DNA of 62,228 nt, counting the filler, from Circinaria calcarea (Eukaryota), in assembly GCA_051942165.1 (NCBI GenBank). It is 23 parts of 23 records of this genome, joined end to end, with 100 filler letters (N's around TTAATTAATTAA, not from the genome) between each part and the next. Parts side by side here need not be neighbours in the genome. Positions count along the whole stretch, not along the records: positions 24,435 to 27,045 come from JAVECS010003388.1; positions 27,146 to 29,756 come from JAVECS010003389.1; positions 29,857 to 32,466 come from JAVECS010003390.1; positions 32,567 to 35,175 come from JAVECS010003391.1; positions 35,276 to 37,884 come from JAVECS010003392.1; positions 37,985 to 40,593 come from JAVECS010003393.1; 17 more parts are not named here. The stretch is one strand, 5' to 3'. The translations under genes were made by a program, and so were the position numbers. Shown here in pieces: positions 24,726 to 38,044 of the stretch. The notes under the pieces are model-generated. The model had not been told where the DNA came from and ran no database searches. It was given only the letters and a program-made list of their open reading frames with translations. The number at the start of each line of letters is the position of its first letter. Position 1 is the first letter of the stretch.

Positions 24726-26021
24726 AGCTGAGATGGTTGCATAAAGAGCAATAGAAGTACCGGTGCTTGAAATGGAACAGTGAGTCTTGGGATAAAACGA
24801 AATGAAGCGAAAACCAATGCTTTATGTCCCGGAGCACCTTGAGTCGTCAGCTTTTGCTTCGGCATATGCGCACGTGGATCTTATAGATACTAAAATCTTC
24901 TCTGTTTTCCAAGGATATCTGGGCCAGTCGATTCACGTCGTACTGTGAGAATGGCAGGAAGGGTGAAGGGGAGGTAGGAGTCAGGCGGCTCAGGAAGAAA
25001 GTAGGAATAGATAGACCCTTTTCTAGATCTGCCCGCAGGCTTATGTGCTGCTCAGTCGTTTCGAAGGTTCGGTTAATTACGCCATTTATGGAGTTGGACC
25101 GGTGCATAGATACCGTAACGACAAAGTACATGTGCTCGTGACCTGATATGACTACATACTGCATCGTAAAGTCCGGGTGGCAGGCTTAGTATGCTGACTC
25201 GGATTTTACGCCCTCGTATTGACCAGAGAAATTCAACTGGCATAGTATAGCGCTGATGTGAATTCATAAACGAGTCATGTGAGGCTAGGCAAGACCCCAT
25301 TCCCCTCCCGGCAGTGATTGGGCGATAACTGGACCTGCCAAACGTCCTCCGAACATCAAGAAAAATAAACTGAAGCCCCCCAAATGAATGGTGGAGAAAG
25401 TAGTAGCAAAGGTATAGAGGTGATATTTAAGGGTTTCGACCAGAAATGTACTGTTCATTACTCTCCCTTATAACCTGCTGCCTTTTATTCTCTGTATTTT
25501 CTAATCCTGTAGTCAATAATCCGCCTTTCATGAAGAATCCTAGGATCTGCATTAATCCTTTTCCTTTCAGAACCTTAAGTTATGGTTTTAATTCATTTAA
25601 TAAAGTAGGCCGTTTACTAAATATCTTATATCCTCGGCCTAAACTGCTATTCATCCCTGTGTAGATAATCTTGCGTGTTGTCTCGCAGCGATATTCACAG
25701 TAAAGTGAAGAAATATATATAGATGAATCCATCAATGAAGACCGCGGTCGAGATAATTCATCCAAGTGTTGTGGATTCACAGTGATCATCCAGAGGGGTA
25801 TAAATCAATCCCAATTCCCATGATTTTTCTTCTTCCTTTGGACTATTCAAACACTCGACATCTCCGACGTCTTCAGACAGCTTTTTACACTTGCTTGGGT
25901 TCCCGAGTCCTATCAAGCGGTTAGAACAGCCGTCTAGTACGCTTCCATCCCGACCTTCTGACATACAGCAGTTCAAGAAACGTCAGTGCGCGCCGTTCCT
26001 ACCTTTGTCTTACCCTCCAAG

Positions 26022-26444
26022 ATGCACTACTCTGCAGTCAAAGGTACGCATCTCCACAAACCATAGTACAATGTCATTCACATGCCTATTACATCCCTCC
26101 CCCGCTAACCCGGGACCCTTACCTCCCCTCCAGCCATCTTCATCCTCCTCAGCACCCTTCACTCCCTCCACCTCGCCTCCGGTCTCCCAGTCCAAGATGC
26201 CGCCGACACAACCAACACCCCCACCATCACCGCCGGCGAAAACCTCCTCTACTACCTTGTCTGCGACAACAAGGCCGGCCTGACCAAGACCTGCCTCAGC
26301 ACCGGCTGGTACTGCAACGTGAACGGCGATCGAGATTGGCAGTCGGTGCCAGGGTGGCGTGCGGGCACTTGGAGGAACGACTGCTTTCAGACTTGCTCGT
26401 GCACTTTCACCCTCAGTGCGGGAGGGGGGGGCCACGGGTCCTAG
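26022..26444 (+). CDS. Small secreted Cys-rich protein, 110 aa, complete
   Basis: Exon 26022-26043, intron 26044-26133 (GTACGC, branch GCTAAC, CAG), exon 26134-26444: MHYSAVKAIFILLSTLHSLHLASGLPVQDAADTTNTPTITAGENLLYYLVCDNKAGLTKTCLSTGWYCNVNGDRDWQSVPGWRAGTWRNDCFQTCSCTFTLSAGGGGHGS*. Confidence 0.75.
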
Positions 26445-29400
26445 AGTAGCTAGTGTTGCTGGGTCACCTGTTATGCGAAACGAAGGAAGCTGATTTAGTT
26501 AGCTTCACCAAGGCCCCAGAGGGGCCTTAAAAGCCTTCCTTTTCGGGCAATAAGATAGAAATCAATCAATTTCTATCTACATGCTCAGATGCGTGCACCT
26601 CCCGTGACAAGCACCCATCCTCGCCCTCGTCACTTATGGCATGTTGGACGGATTATGCTTCAAACCGTGATTCCATACGAACAACACGAAAGAATGGAAA
26701 AAAAAGAAATGAAAAAAAGCTAACAAAGAATTATAAATAAAAATACAAGTAATTTAAAGCTTCTATCAGACAATCCAATCGTACGACCTGTTTAATATAA
26801 TTAAATTTTTATTAAAAATATTGAGTATGTGGCAGGAAGAGACTTAAGTAATGCATTGCGGCAGTATTCATCGTGTACGCAGTAGTTCGATTTATAGTGT
26901 AACATGTAATCTTACATCAAGTATATATATAGTTCGCAAAATGCAAACGAACCCAAGGGGAAACCCTTCTGCAACCAAACGCTACTACTAATTTATAAGT
27001 AGTACAGAAATTGCCCAAAAGCTTGGCAACCATTCAGGCTTATCCNNNNNNNNNNNNNNNNNNNNNNNNNNNNNNNNNNNNNNNNNNNNTTAATTAATTA
27101 ANNNNNNNNNNNNNNNNNNNNNNNNNNNNNNNNNNNNNNNNNNNNGGCTTAGGGTATTTTCACGTAATCATTATCGCATCACGAGATCATTCATCACCAC
27201 TGAAGTGACGCTGTGTATGCTAATAAGGTCAAATCTGATACACCGCGAACACACGTATAAATATAAATCCGAGCTGAGATATAGTCGTGGTAACTGATCA
27301 CCAGAGGTCGCAATACCTCCGCGCCGGAAATAGAGCAACTCAGGGCCTTTGTAGTTATTCAGATCAGTCCCTCCATCAACGGGAATCATAAGGTACACCA
27401 TACCAGCTAATGGAAAGCATGCGGATGTGGTAGGGCTCAATCTAAAAGTCTCTGGCGCACCACGGGAGTAGCCTAACTCAACCTATGGTAGTTCCCCGCA
27501 ACTCGGGGCAGTTCGAGAAACCTTATCTCCACGTACATTCGAAGTCGGCACGCCGGGTGCCGGAAGGGGGATAGATAGTATGGACGGAGGGACCTCTCGT
27601 GCAGTCAAGGGGAGACAATCACAAACTCATTCCGAGAAGCGCAAACTATGGTTGTAAGTGCATTGAGCAAGACCGTTAACATAGAGGGTTGGTCAACAGT
27701 TTTTCGCTTTGTTACCTCTCATTGTCCCATTTTCAAATGACTACCTGCTTTCGCAGGGCATTCGGGAGAAGAATGGAAAAATCTGCTTCAAGAAGTTTTG
27801 ATGTGAACGGAGCTGAAACTGAGCACCACACGCGGTTGAACTTACGACGAGGCTCCCGAGTTGTACGGAGACTGCTGCCTGACGTCGGACTTTCTTTAAT
27901 TCATCAACCATAGCAGTTTTGTACCGGGATATCTGTAAGCCTACAACTTTCCGTGGTTTTTCTACGCTTCTAGGCCGGAACTGATTTGAAGTCGGCGCTT
28001 TTGCGAGTATTTCTTTCTGCGACAGATGCTACCGAGGAAATCGCAATCCTTTGAGGCGTCGAGTACATAAGTGGGATATAATATTGGTGTTTCTTCATCC
28101 GCCAGGGTCTTCGGGGTGGCCGATCTCAATGACAGCGAGGTTGTTGTTTGAGATGGTGGGATACGCGGTACAGCTAGAGTGTGAGATGTACCGTCAACTG
28201 TCCCGTCATCCAATAACCTGACTAAGCTCTCGCCGCCTGAGGAACTTAAGACGTCCATGTTGACTTTAAGCACATCTCATTGGAGATCATTTTACTCGTA
28301 GGCGAAACCCACAGAAATAGGAGATCTTTGTTGGTGTACACCATCCAGCCAAGGTCCAACCAAACTGACACATGAAGGTAGATCATCCGCTCGATTAATT
28401 TGCTCAAGCATGGTCTTGAACAGGTAATTGGAATCGTTGAAGGAGCCTCTGGCCGATTGAGACATATCCTCGTTAATCGATGGCGTTTGACAAAGTGTTC
28501 CCGTTTCATGCGAATTGCTCGATTGAAGGGTCTCGCTGCCAGTATCGTCGACTGTAGACACGAAAGCACCATAGTATCTACGACGCGCATATATATCAGT
28601 AAGAATATCTCGTTGCTGAAAATAGAATGTGCTAAATATACACCCTTTGATTAGAGAAGGGTGGAAGAAATAAAAAGGTAATGAACTAGTGATCGGATCA
28701 GGCATTGATAGAGGAAAATTAATAAGGATGAGGCATGGATGAACGCGGTAACAGTAACGGGAAGGCAAGACTTACAAGGTACGGGTATCCCAAGGCCCAG
28801 GCATCTTGCTTGATCTAACGCTTAAGGTGGTGCTCGAGGAGGTGGTGGGGCTGGGTGGTGATGGTGGTTTGATGAGTCGAAGGTATGATGATGAAAATGA
28901 AGGTGGAAGATGATGGATACAAAGAGGCGCAAGATTAAGAAAGTATTGCAGAAATCCGTTGAACACCGACGAACAATACTTGCCCTGTCTCGCTTGCGGA
29001 CCCTTTTCGGCAGCGACGCTGCCGAAAGCTGGAAGGAGCAAAAAGTGACGAGAAGGAAAATGACTGCAGACAGTCCTCAGTGTATGATGTGTACTCACTG
29101 CAGCAACAAGCAAGCGGGTCTCGGCGTACCAAGATGGCTCTTCTGATGGCAAAGATTCAAACACATAAGTCGCTTCGAAGATGAGCAAGCGGCTAAAGAA
29201 GGAAGACGCAGCTTTGACAGTATGATAAACCGTGGGAGGGAGATGAGTTACGAGATAACCGGTCGGGCGAAGTATCGGGCAAAGGTTGACAATGCTCTTG
29301 TGGAAGAGCTTAGAAAGAGTGGAAAGAACAATGTGGTCTACTGAGGATATAGCCATTGATCTAAACGCCAACCGAACCAATACAGGGCGCAATGGCAGCG

Positions 29401-31639
29401 CGCGCTCTCTCTCACTGAATCTCCAAAAGCGGAAGGCGTATGGATATGGCCGGTGGTCATCATGTTAGCGGGAGACCGATCTAGGCCTGGTGCGTTGGTT
29501 TGTCCTCGTTTCTTTATCATGCAACAGTGACGAGCCTCCGTCGGGGGCGGACGGCTTTTCGAGCCTGGTGGCAGCGAAAAATCCTTTCTGGAATCTGGAT
29601 GGTACCACCGAACTGCTATGGAGGCTCATCCTTCTTTTCTTAACTTCTTCCCAAGAGCGGTCTCTGTCGAGCGCGAACGGTTGAAACCTAGTAGCCAGTG
29701 AAAAAGCCTCCGTGAGGAGTACCACTTGATTGCTCTAGAGGCTCGTCTGATTTGTGNNNNNNNNNNNNNNNNNNNNNNNNNNNNNNNNNNNNNNNNNNNN
29801 TTAATTAATTAANNNNNNNNNNNNNNNNNNNNNNNNNNNNNNNNNNNNNNNNNNNNACGTATGAGGGGTCACAGGGAAGAGCGCAGCTCTCCAGGTGTGG
29901 CTTCTACCTTCCAGGAAGACTGTGCTCACTCCACAACATACTTACCAAGCGAAGAACTTTCGAGTGAACAATATGAGATCGGAGAAGGTCCGACGAACGG
30001 ACACTTGACAAGCAGCTCTTTGTGAGATAGCTGAACGAGAATAACCAAGACAGTACAAGCGCAGACTGGAAAGCAGAGGTCTGGACGATGGTCCATACGT
30101 CCGTGGACGACTTTAGAGATTAGAAAAGACATCTAGCAGCTTCTTCTTTGTGCGAAATAAAGGACGATCTGTAAACAAATGCAAGTCTTGGATTTTTCTG
30201 TCTATACCCGGATAAGCGCACACGGACCATACTGGCCTATCTTTTCCGACCCTAATGAAATTACTGCGTCGTTGACCATATTCATTGCAGCCAGCAAACC
30301 ATGTCCGACGTAATGCTGGATGGCGTGGAGTTGGACCTTGGCGGTTAACCTGCCCTGATATTTTATTACCCCTTAGCATATACTACAATGCCAATTCGTT
30401 GCCCAGAGATTTTGGCTGAGCTTGTTCCGGGCTCCTTGCAGTAGGCGGTGGAGGATCATGGGAATGAGTCTTGTGGGAGTAGTCAGGACTTTGCCATTGG
30501 ATTGATCCGCTATAGAAACTAACCGTATCCGTTGATACCTAGCATGTAGTTGGGGTTTCTTCGAGCTCTCGTAAGCATAAATATAAACTGTCAAGGGGAA
30601 ACTTCTTGGGGAATAGCATCGCAGTGAATCAGCAGAGTAGCTGCCCGCCTACTTGTCAAGATGTATTTTCACAATTTGAAAAGTGCATCTGAGCTGTAGA
30701 ATGGGATTTTTGAAGATGTGATGAACTGTTTTCTAAAGGAACCCTATCAGAGCATGACAGAGATGCGATTGCAAGCCTGCTGTCAAGAGCAAGCTGGTAA
30801 CGGGCTCTAGTCTCTTCTACACCTGGGTTGACCATTGCATTCGAGTATTGCGCAATGGTTCCAACAAGGTCGTCGGTACTGTGCTGCCAGGGTCGGAACG
30901 CTGGTTCAGTTTTCGGCTTCAGGAAGATCCCCAACTCGTTTGAGATGACATTGGCTGGTAAGGTGTGCAATTCGACGGTCCGTACATACTTACGACATAC
31001 AACGCAATGAGCCGAGCTGGCTGTATCTATGATAGCCCTGTTTGTTGACATGACTTTCTCGGTAAGGATGTCTAGAATACTGCTAGTTGGGAGAGTGGAG
31101 TCAAAGGGAGAAGACAATTAGCTCGAAAGATGCACATTATGAAGAACGCAATGTAGACGGATATAGAGTTGAAGGTTGCTTGTCAAGGAACCTATAGAGA
31201 GCACCTCCTCAGTTATAGGTTGACAGTATGGGGTACCCGGTGATCAAAGCATTGGAATATTCAGTCAAGGGATGTCTAGAAAAAACATGGTATTTCGCAG
31301 GTTGGTGTAGGTAAGGAATATCTAGAGGTTGGACTAATGTCGATCAGCTTCCACAAGATCCGAAAGTCAGAGCTCTCCATCAAGACACATTCATATAGAA
31401 CCATAGCACGAGCAGCAGATGTATTTAGATGTCCTCAGAAGAAGGCAGTAGAAGGAAAACGCCTCGATGTTGCAATACGGTGGCCGGTTTAGACCGATAT
31501 TAGCCATCTATTCTACCTATTTCGGATCTGTAGAGTGACGTTCCTCCCAGTAAGGTAAGGTAGGTAAGTACGGTCAACATTACTCTTTCCCTTCCCAGGT
31601 CCAGGATCAGTATGTGAAGACTGATTAATAACGGTCGCA

Positions 31640-32466
31640 ATGGCTTCTCTCTCTGCTGCGGCGAGTAAGCGGGGACCAACTGTACTTGTATTTCCTAATC
31701 CACGCCTAATCAAACACATAGAATATGCTGAATGATCCTTAGGTCACAGATTCCCGTGAACCACAGCGCCAACGGCAATCCCATGAGCGTCCTGCTAGTC
31801 TACTCCGTCAAACAACCTCTCGTTTCATCACCGTCGACAGTGTCCTCCAATACGCTTCAGACATCCCTTCCATGCAACAACGCAACCCAGAAAGTCGCCC
31901 ACAACCTCTCCGGACTAAATCCGGCAGACCTGCCGCGCCGAAGCTGGCAGGTCGTCTGGTGCCCCCGCATGTGCCCGCTCGAAGTACGAAGGTTAGTGAA
32001 AAGCTTGTATTGCTTCCAGAGACCGGCGCAACAGACTCGGAGATTGAAGAGAAGGCAGACTACGAGGAGGATAACGATGCCACACCTGAGAGAGATGACG
32101 AGGAAATGCTACGGAAGACGGGTGGGAGGAAAGGAAAGAGCTACGCTGAACGGCTGCCAAAGTCGAGGAGAGCAGAGAAGCTGGCTAGGGTGACGGCCTA
32201 CTGCACAGCCCAAGCTTATAAATTGAGAGCCACCGCATCGTTTTTGAAAGACAGGCACGGTGCAAGAACGAAACTTTACGATGATTGCCTGTATGCAGTG
32301 TATCACCTCCCGTTATTGCCAGGCACAGAAGGGTATAGGATCAGGAGTAGTCCCGTTCTCAAAAGCCCGGGCGGCAAGGCGGTATTAGATGAAGAGATCG
32401 AACGCAGCGAGCGACGAGACTACGGCGAAGGCTTCTTTGAAGAAGATGACGCAGAGCGCTTCAGCA
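31640..32466 (+). CDS. RMD8: DUF155 / Rmd1-family sporulation protein, N-terminal part
   Basis: MASLSAAASKRGPTVL | intron 31688-31742 | VTDSR...RSTKVSEKLVLLP...KSYAERLPK...RVTAYCTAQAYKL...LYDDCLYAVYHLPLLPG. Confidence 0.8.
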
Positions 32467-32566
32467 NNNNNNNNNNNNNNNNNNNNNNNNNNNNNNNNNN
32501 NNNNNNNNNNTTAATTAATTAANNNNNNNNNNNNNNNNNNNNNNNNNNNNNNNNNNNNNNNNNNNN

Positions 32567-32743
32567 AAGATTGCCGACGAGAGCCGGGAAAAGCTGAAGG
32601 AGATTGGGGACGTGCAGAATTGGGCGGAGATGATCGAGCGGGATCTGTTGGTGCTGGAGGAGACGATGAGAATTGTTGAGGAGGAGGAGGGGGGAGAGGG
32701 GGGAAAGGGGAAGGCAAAGGCAAAGAGGAAAGGATGGTTTTGA
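32567..32743 (+). CDS. BLOS1: BLOC-1 subunit 1 (GCN5L1/BLOS1), C-terminal part
   Basis: Hand translation KIADESREKLKEIGDVQNWAEMIERDLLVLEETMRIVE...KGWF*; LKEIGDVxNWA is the family signature. Confidence 0.88.
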   Translation, partial: KIADESREKLKEIGDVQNWAEMIERDLLVLEETMRIVEEEEGGEGGKGKAKAKRKGWF

Positions 32744-33244
32744 GGGATGGATAAGACGTTTACATCTGCTCTCTTCGGCTTCTTTGACACCATTCATGTT
32801 CATCTAATGTTTGATTTTCTGCCGCCATATGTCATGAATACAGTCCCAACATCAGATTCAGCGCACAGGCGTGAGATGAAGTACCGGATGAGTTTCTATA
32901 GCTTAGCTCATATGGAGACTCCACTCTGATCATCTTTACTCGACTTCTATCTGCGTCAGGAATGTTTGCTAGAACTTGCTCGTTATAACTTACAATGGAA
33001 TCGAGTCTACCTCCAAGCAAACCGTCATGCCTACTTGAGTTTATTTATCCTTACTCACAGCGGCTGATACGCATCATGATAACTATACGTTAGCAATCCC
33101 CGCACTTGCTATGATCCCAACCTGCATTAGCCATGCATTTCGCTTGATCCCGTCTGGGCCACGATGTCCGAATCTACTGGAAAGTTATCCCTGGTCCGGG
33201 TCTCTTCTAGTATCGTCTTCGACCTCGCTTTTCAAAACGACATC

Positions 33245-33850
33245 TCATGCCGTCTCAGTTGGCCGAGGATACTTCTGTAGCCATTCCTCCCGAGTCAATC
33301 GTTTACCAGCGGTACACATGAAGTTGTTAATCTTCGAATTCAATTCTATAGTACTCAGCCAAATCGGCTCGGCCGTGGGCAGAGGGCTAGACTCACCTTC
33401 CAAAGTCATCTCCGTAGCTACTTGTAGGGAATAGTGGTCTTTAAACTCATGTACAAGAACAAGATCGTCCGGAAGTTGAGTCCCTAGACAAGATCAGCAC
33501 GTCGCATATTACCTCGATAGATATCAGACCTTTTGGAATAGAGTAAACGACGCTCTCCTTGCCCTGAAGGGTCTTCACAAGGCGATTTTGAGTCGGAGTG
33601 TTTGGCCGCATCGAAGCACCATTGGGTGCTAAACTCGTCAGCTATCCACACCAACATTCAGTGCGCCCGAAGTATTACCTCTGTATGTAGCTGGTTCGAG
33701 AGCCTTAGGCTTAACTTTGCCAGATTCGGTCACAAGATCATAGCTTCCAATACGCTTCACACTTCTATCGCGAAGAGCGATTGAGGCACCACTGTTCAGG
33801 CGGAATAGCTCTTTTGGAATCACTGTGAATATCTTGATATACTTCGACAT
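33245..33850 (-). CDS. Tse2-like ADP-ribosyltransferase toxin-domain protein, 152 aa, complete, 4 exons
   Basis: Exons 33679-33850, 33530-33628, 33397-33483, 33245-33345 (459 nt, all GT-AG): MSKYIKIFTVIPKELFRLNSG...SYDLVTESGKVKPKALEPATYRAPNGASMRPNTPTQNRLV...VYSIPKGTQLPDDLVLVHEFKDHYSLQVATEMTLEELNSKINNFM...WLQKYPRPTETA*. Confidence 0.82.
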
Positions 33851-34076
33851 ATTGAAAGCGTCAGAGTGGTCGAACTATTGTTATCGACGGATATGGTAGA
33901 TGGTATGTAAGAGGGATAGATGGAGATCGCCACATAAAGATGGCCCGTGCCCTATGCGGTACGCCCGAGTTGTACATGTATGATGAGCCTTAGGGTTAGT
34001 GACTTGAAAGCGATCTATTCTGCACCAAGGGCTCACTGCCTATCTACATGGCTGGGTTTGCAAAGCCTTAGACGCG

Positions 34077-35175
34077 ATGTTGTCAGCTTTTACGGCACGA
34101 CCTATCATTGAACTGAAGCAGCGGGACAAGTCCAAGATCGAATCGGTCCTTGCATTTGGTACACATCCAATGTGTATACAATTTGATCAGACTAACCTTG
34201 GTAGAAGGTGACCGTCTTCTCGTCGGCCTGAATACCGGTAGCCTTCGAGTTTATCGAGCCAACGAATCTATAGATAGCCTAGGTGGAGAAAGCTCTCCGG
34301 TCAAGAGGCCGTCTTCTCAGCCCGCACCGAAAGCTGTCGAGCTCCTTCGTGAGCAAGAGAAGTTCTCAAAATACAAAATCGAACAATTGGCCATCATCAA
34401 GGAAGCCAACATATTGGTGGCGTTATCAAATTACCATGTATCGATTTACGATCTGCAGACGTATGAATTGCAGGAAACCCTCACTAAAACCAAAGGCGCA
34501 AGTGCATTCGCTGTCACGTCCAATATCGTCAAGGATCTTTCAACCGGTATACCCTCGATCGTATCTAGATTGGCGGTGGCAGTGAAGAGGCGCCTTTTGC
34601 TGTGGTCGTGGCATGATTCGGAGCTATCAGCAGAAAATCCAGAGCTTACATTAGTTACTGGTATTAAGACCTTGACATGGGCTACAGGCACAAGATTGAT
34701 AGCTGGACTCAGCTCCAGCTACGTCTTGGTCGACGTGGAGACTTCGACAGTTACAGATATTGTTGGACCCGGTAGTATTGGAGGTGCGCCTGGACAAGAC
34801 GGTGGGCGTTTTGGAGGAGTGGGTGTTGCCGGTATTGGATACATGGGATTAGGTGGAACATCACCAAAGCCGTTGGCAACACGACTGAGTGAAGGGCAAC
34901 TCCTTTTAGCGAAGGATATCAATACTCTCTTCATTGACACGGATGGGAACTCTTTGGGTCGACGCCAAATCCCTTGGATGGTTGCTCCTGAGGCTATTGG
35001 ATACTCATACCCGTACCTACTGGCTCTGCAGGCCACAAAAGGAACACTAGAGGTTCGGAATCCGGAAACTCTGAGTTGTCTTCAATCCATATCCCTACCC
35101 AACGCAAACCAACTGCACGTTGCACAACCGAACGTCAGCCTTGCCCATGCCGGTAAAGGCTTCTTGATATCGAGT
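34077..35175 (+). CDS. VPS39: HOPS subunit Vps39/Vam6 (CNH domain), N-terminal part
   Basis: MLSAFTARPIIELKQRDKSKIESVLAF | intron 34159-34207 | GDRLLVGLNTGSLRVYR...IEQLAIIKEAN...SRLAVAVKRRLL...IGYSYPYLLAL...LEVRNPETL. Confidence 0.92.
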
Positions 35176-35820
35176 NNNNNNNNNNNNNNNNNNNNNNNNN
35201 NNNNNNNNNNNNNNNNNNNTTAATTAATTAANNNNNNNNNNNNNNNNNNNNNNNNNNNNNNNNNNNNNNNNNNNNTCAACGTCTTGGGGGCGTGCGCGTC
35301 GCCGAGGTGAGTCTCGATACGGTTCATGTCTTCTTTCTCGCTTGGGAGAGGTAGGGTTGGGCTTTCGAGGGAACGACATGGCACTAGGAGAGGAATGTGA
35401 GCGGCATTCCCCATAGATGACTTTGCAGACAGACCTTTTCGGTAAATTCGCCTATCTCGGGAACCTCGGGATAACGAAGGTTCCTGCAGGACGGTTGCTA
35501 ATAGGTCATAAGGGTTGAAGAAGCTTATTCGCAGTGAAAAACGAATGACGTTTGGAGAAGACAGCTTGGCAGGAACCAGGCGGAAAGTGTGTAAAACGAG
35601 TGGGTAGACGGTGTCAATAGATACAGTTTGAAGCGAATGGCGAAGGTAGGATAGACACGAAAGGCTCCGAGAAATGCTCTGTAGACGAAAAGCCAACGGC
35701 GGTGGTTGTGAACAAGAGTGTTTGTGCAAGAGTCGTAACACACATACACCGAACAGTGACACTTGCGTTCCAGCTCTACGGAGCATACACACCTTTCGTT
35801 GCTGGGGCCAAATCTATGCA

Positions 35821-36082
35821 GGGGGGCGGATTCCACATGAGGATGTTAGGTAGGCCCGGAATAACAGTTCTCCCAGCCAATCGATATCTCGTCTGCAAGG
35901 CCGACCCCACCTGGGGTACATCCACAACGGAGCTATGTTATGCTCGTAGACCTAGTGTGGCCAATACGAATACACAATTTCTGCCAGTTTGCCCCCCGTG
36001 CTTTACAGCATCGGGCTTAGCCCATGGGTGCCGTGCTCCCGAATATAACAAATTTCTAGGGGAAAAAAAACTAAGCCCCCCC
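35821..36082 (+). mobile_element. Short non-coding interspersed repeat, MITE-like, copy 1
   Basis: Core GAGGATGTTAGGTAGG.CCGGAATAACAGT.CTCCCAGCCAATCGATA...TACATCCACAACGGAGCTAT recurs inverted at about 38045-38221 on another contig; right end AAAAAAAACTAAGCCCCCCC. Confidence 0.65.
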
Positions 36083-37392
36083 AAGTAATTTCGTTACTCC
36101 GTAGTTAAACTAATGTAATGTACGGCCCGGAAAATATCAATAGATTATTATTCCATACGAGAATCTTGCTATATATCTGGATGATGCGGAAGCGGAAGCG
36201 GTTTACGAATTCCAGAAAGCGAAACAAGGTATTAGCCCTATGCTACCAGAGGGGACACGAAAAAACGGGCGGGAATTCAGCTCGCCCGAGGCATTAGACT
36301 CGGAGGACGAGAGAGCGTTTGAGCAGCTAGAAGCCGCTAGAGTTGGACAGGTTGAGGAGCAGGATGAAGAATAGAAGAAGATATAGCTTGGTATTCGAAT
36401 TATTATGCATGAAAAGGAGTACTCTCTACTCCCGAGCCGCAAAAGTCGCCACGGTACAGTCCAAACAGTCAAGCATCACAACATACATAGGTTGAAAGTC
36501 AACGCAACATCTCTATCATCTGTAGAATAGGTTGGCGCCTTAAACTTAGTGCCTGATAAATTGATGAGATGCCTTGTTGATTGAGGAGCTCATAAACGGT
36601 TTTATAGCTAAAGAGTTTACAGCTCCGTTCTCCGTCCTCCCGTAAACAGACGGCCCTTGAGAAGTGACGAGTATGGGTCCCGATGACTTTCCCGTCAATC
36701 ACAGTATTCTTATTGCAACCATAATATCGTTATTCTCATTGTTAGTGGGCATGATTGAAATTCTCCATCATCCTTCGCGCTCCTAAATGTGGATTGCAGT
36801 AGTATTCCGGCTTACGAGTTCTCGGTTTCCCATCGCGGTGCAGACAGCCACAGTTTTCAGAAGCGCTGGCTTGGAAAATCCCTTGCACTAGTCAAGGTAG
36901 CTTTGCACTTTGTCGACATTTTCGACCTGGTAGTGGACTTTCGCTCGGCCAAATGCAGCCGGTGGCTTTCTGACGCGGCTCAAAGCAGTGCATCCCTCAG
37001 ATTTTGCCTCCTCCATACCTAGCTGGCCTCGGTTTGGACCCTTCTACGATGTGAACTGATGACAAGGCGGTAGTAATGCTTACATACTAATTATAGAAAC
37101 AGATGTGTTCCCACTGACACTGGTCAAGAATCCCTCAAGTGGGCCTCCGTTACTTCGACTACCACCACCCTGCGAATAATCAACCTTCCAGCGCTCGCGG
37201 CGGACTTTGCAGCCTCTTTCCTTTGCAGGGGTAATATATAAGCGGTAAACACCCAAAGGTACGTGGTATCGGAGGGAGGAAGTGCAACAGCACTGTTGGT
37301 AAAACTCGGGAGCTGTTGCGAGACACAAGGGTCATACACCGATTAAGACTTAGGAGCTCTGGAAAAACTACCCCTGGAGTATACTGGACAAC

Positions 37393-37884
37393 ATGGCGGC
37401 TCGCGAAACTCTGGAGGAATCCTTTCAAATGGCAGTGACACCCCCTATATATCAGGACATGGCGTCTCCAGAACAGTCGGCATTGGATGGTATCCCTCCT
37501 GTACGTTCGTTAATGCGGAACCCGGCTCGCAACATACCCTCGCCCCCCTCCAAGAAGATACACCCGGTCCGTGTTCTTGACTCTGGAACTCGGATTCATG
37601 AAGGTCCGTCGTCCCCAGTACGTGTAAATAACACGCTTGACAGCTGCGTTGTTCAAGCCTCATCAGCCCAGATTGAAAACTATTCACCCTATATAAATCA
37701 CTCTAGAACACCATCCGAGGAGCAGGACCACATGAAGGGTCCGAGGAATGAGGCATCCGTTGGATATAATGTGGACACGAAATCCTTGCCGTATCGACCA
37801 CGACAGGAGAGGTCGCTGGACGATCAGCTCTTGCGAGAGCCACGGTTATACCCATTACAGGGGCAAACATCACACTCGCCACGA
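37393..37884 (+). CDS. Possible N-terminus of a Pro/Ser-rich unidentified protein
   Basis: 164 open codons from ATG to the contig end; disordered composition, no domain recognised. Confidence 0.4.
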
Positions 37885-38044
37885 NNNNNNNNNNNNNNNN
37901 NNNNNNNNNNNNNNNNNNNNNNNNNNNNTTAATTAATTAANNNNNNNNNNNNNNNNNNNNNNNNNNNNNNNNNNNNNNNNNNNNTCTAAGCCAGATGTCG
38001 TAAAGCCTAGGTGGCAGGCCTACCTTGTTGGCGTAGAATCTAAG

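Noticed and set aside
27146..29756. ORFs of 100-206 aa on this contig
   Set aside because: No recognisable motif or consistent exon chain; in-frame stops near 28275-28294. Could be a pseudogene or long UTR, but I cannot support a call.
29857..31500. Chain of short minus-strand ORFs upstream of RMD8
   Set aside because: No domain recognised and no convincing splice model.
36120..36373. Acidic protein-like frame next to the MITE-like copy as a transposase remnant
   Set aside because: No DDE or DNA-binding motif visible; too short to assign.
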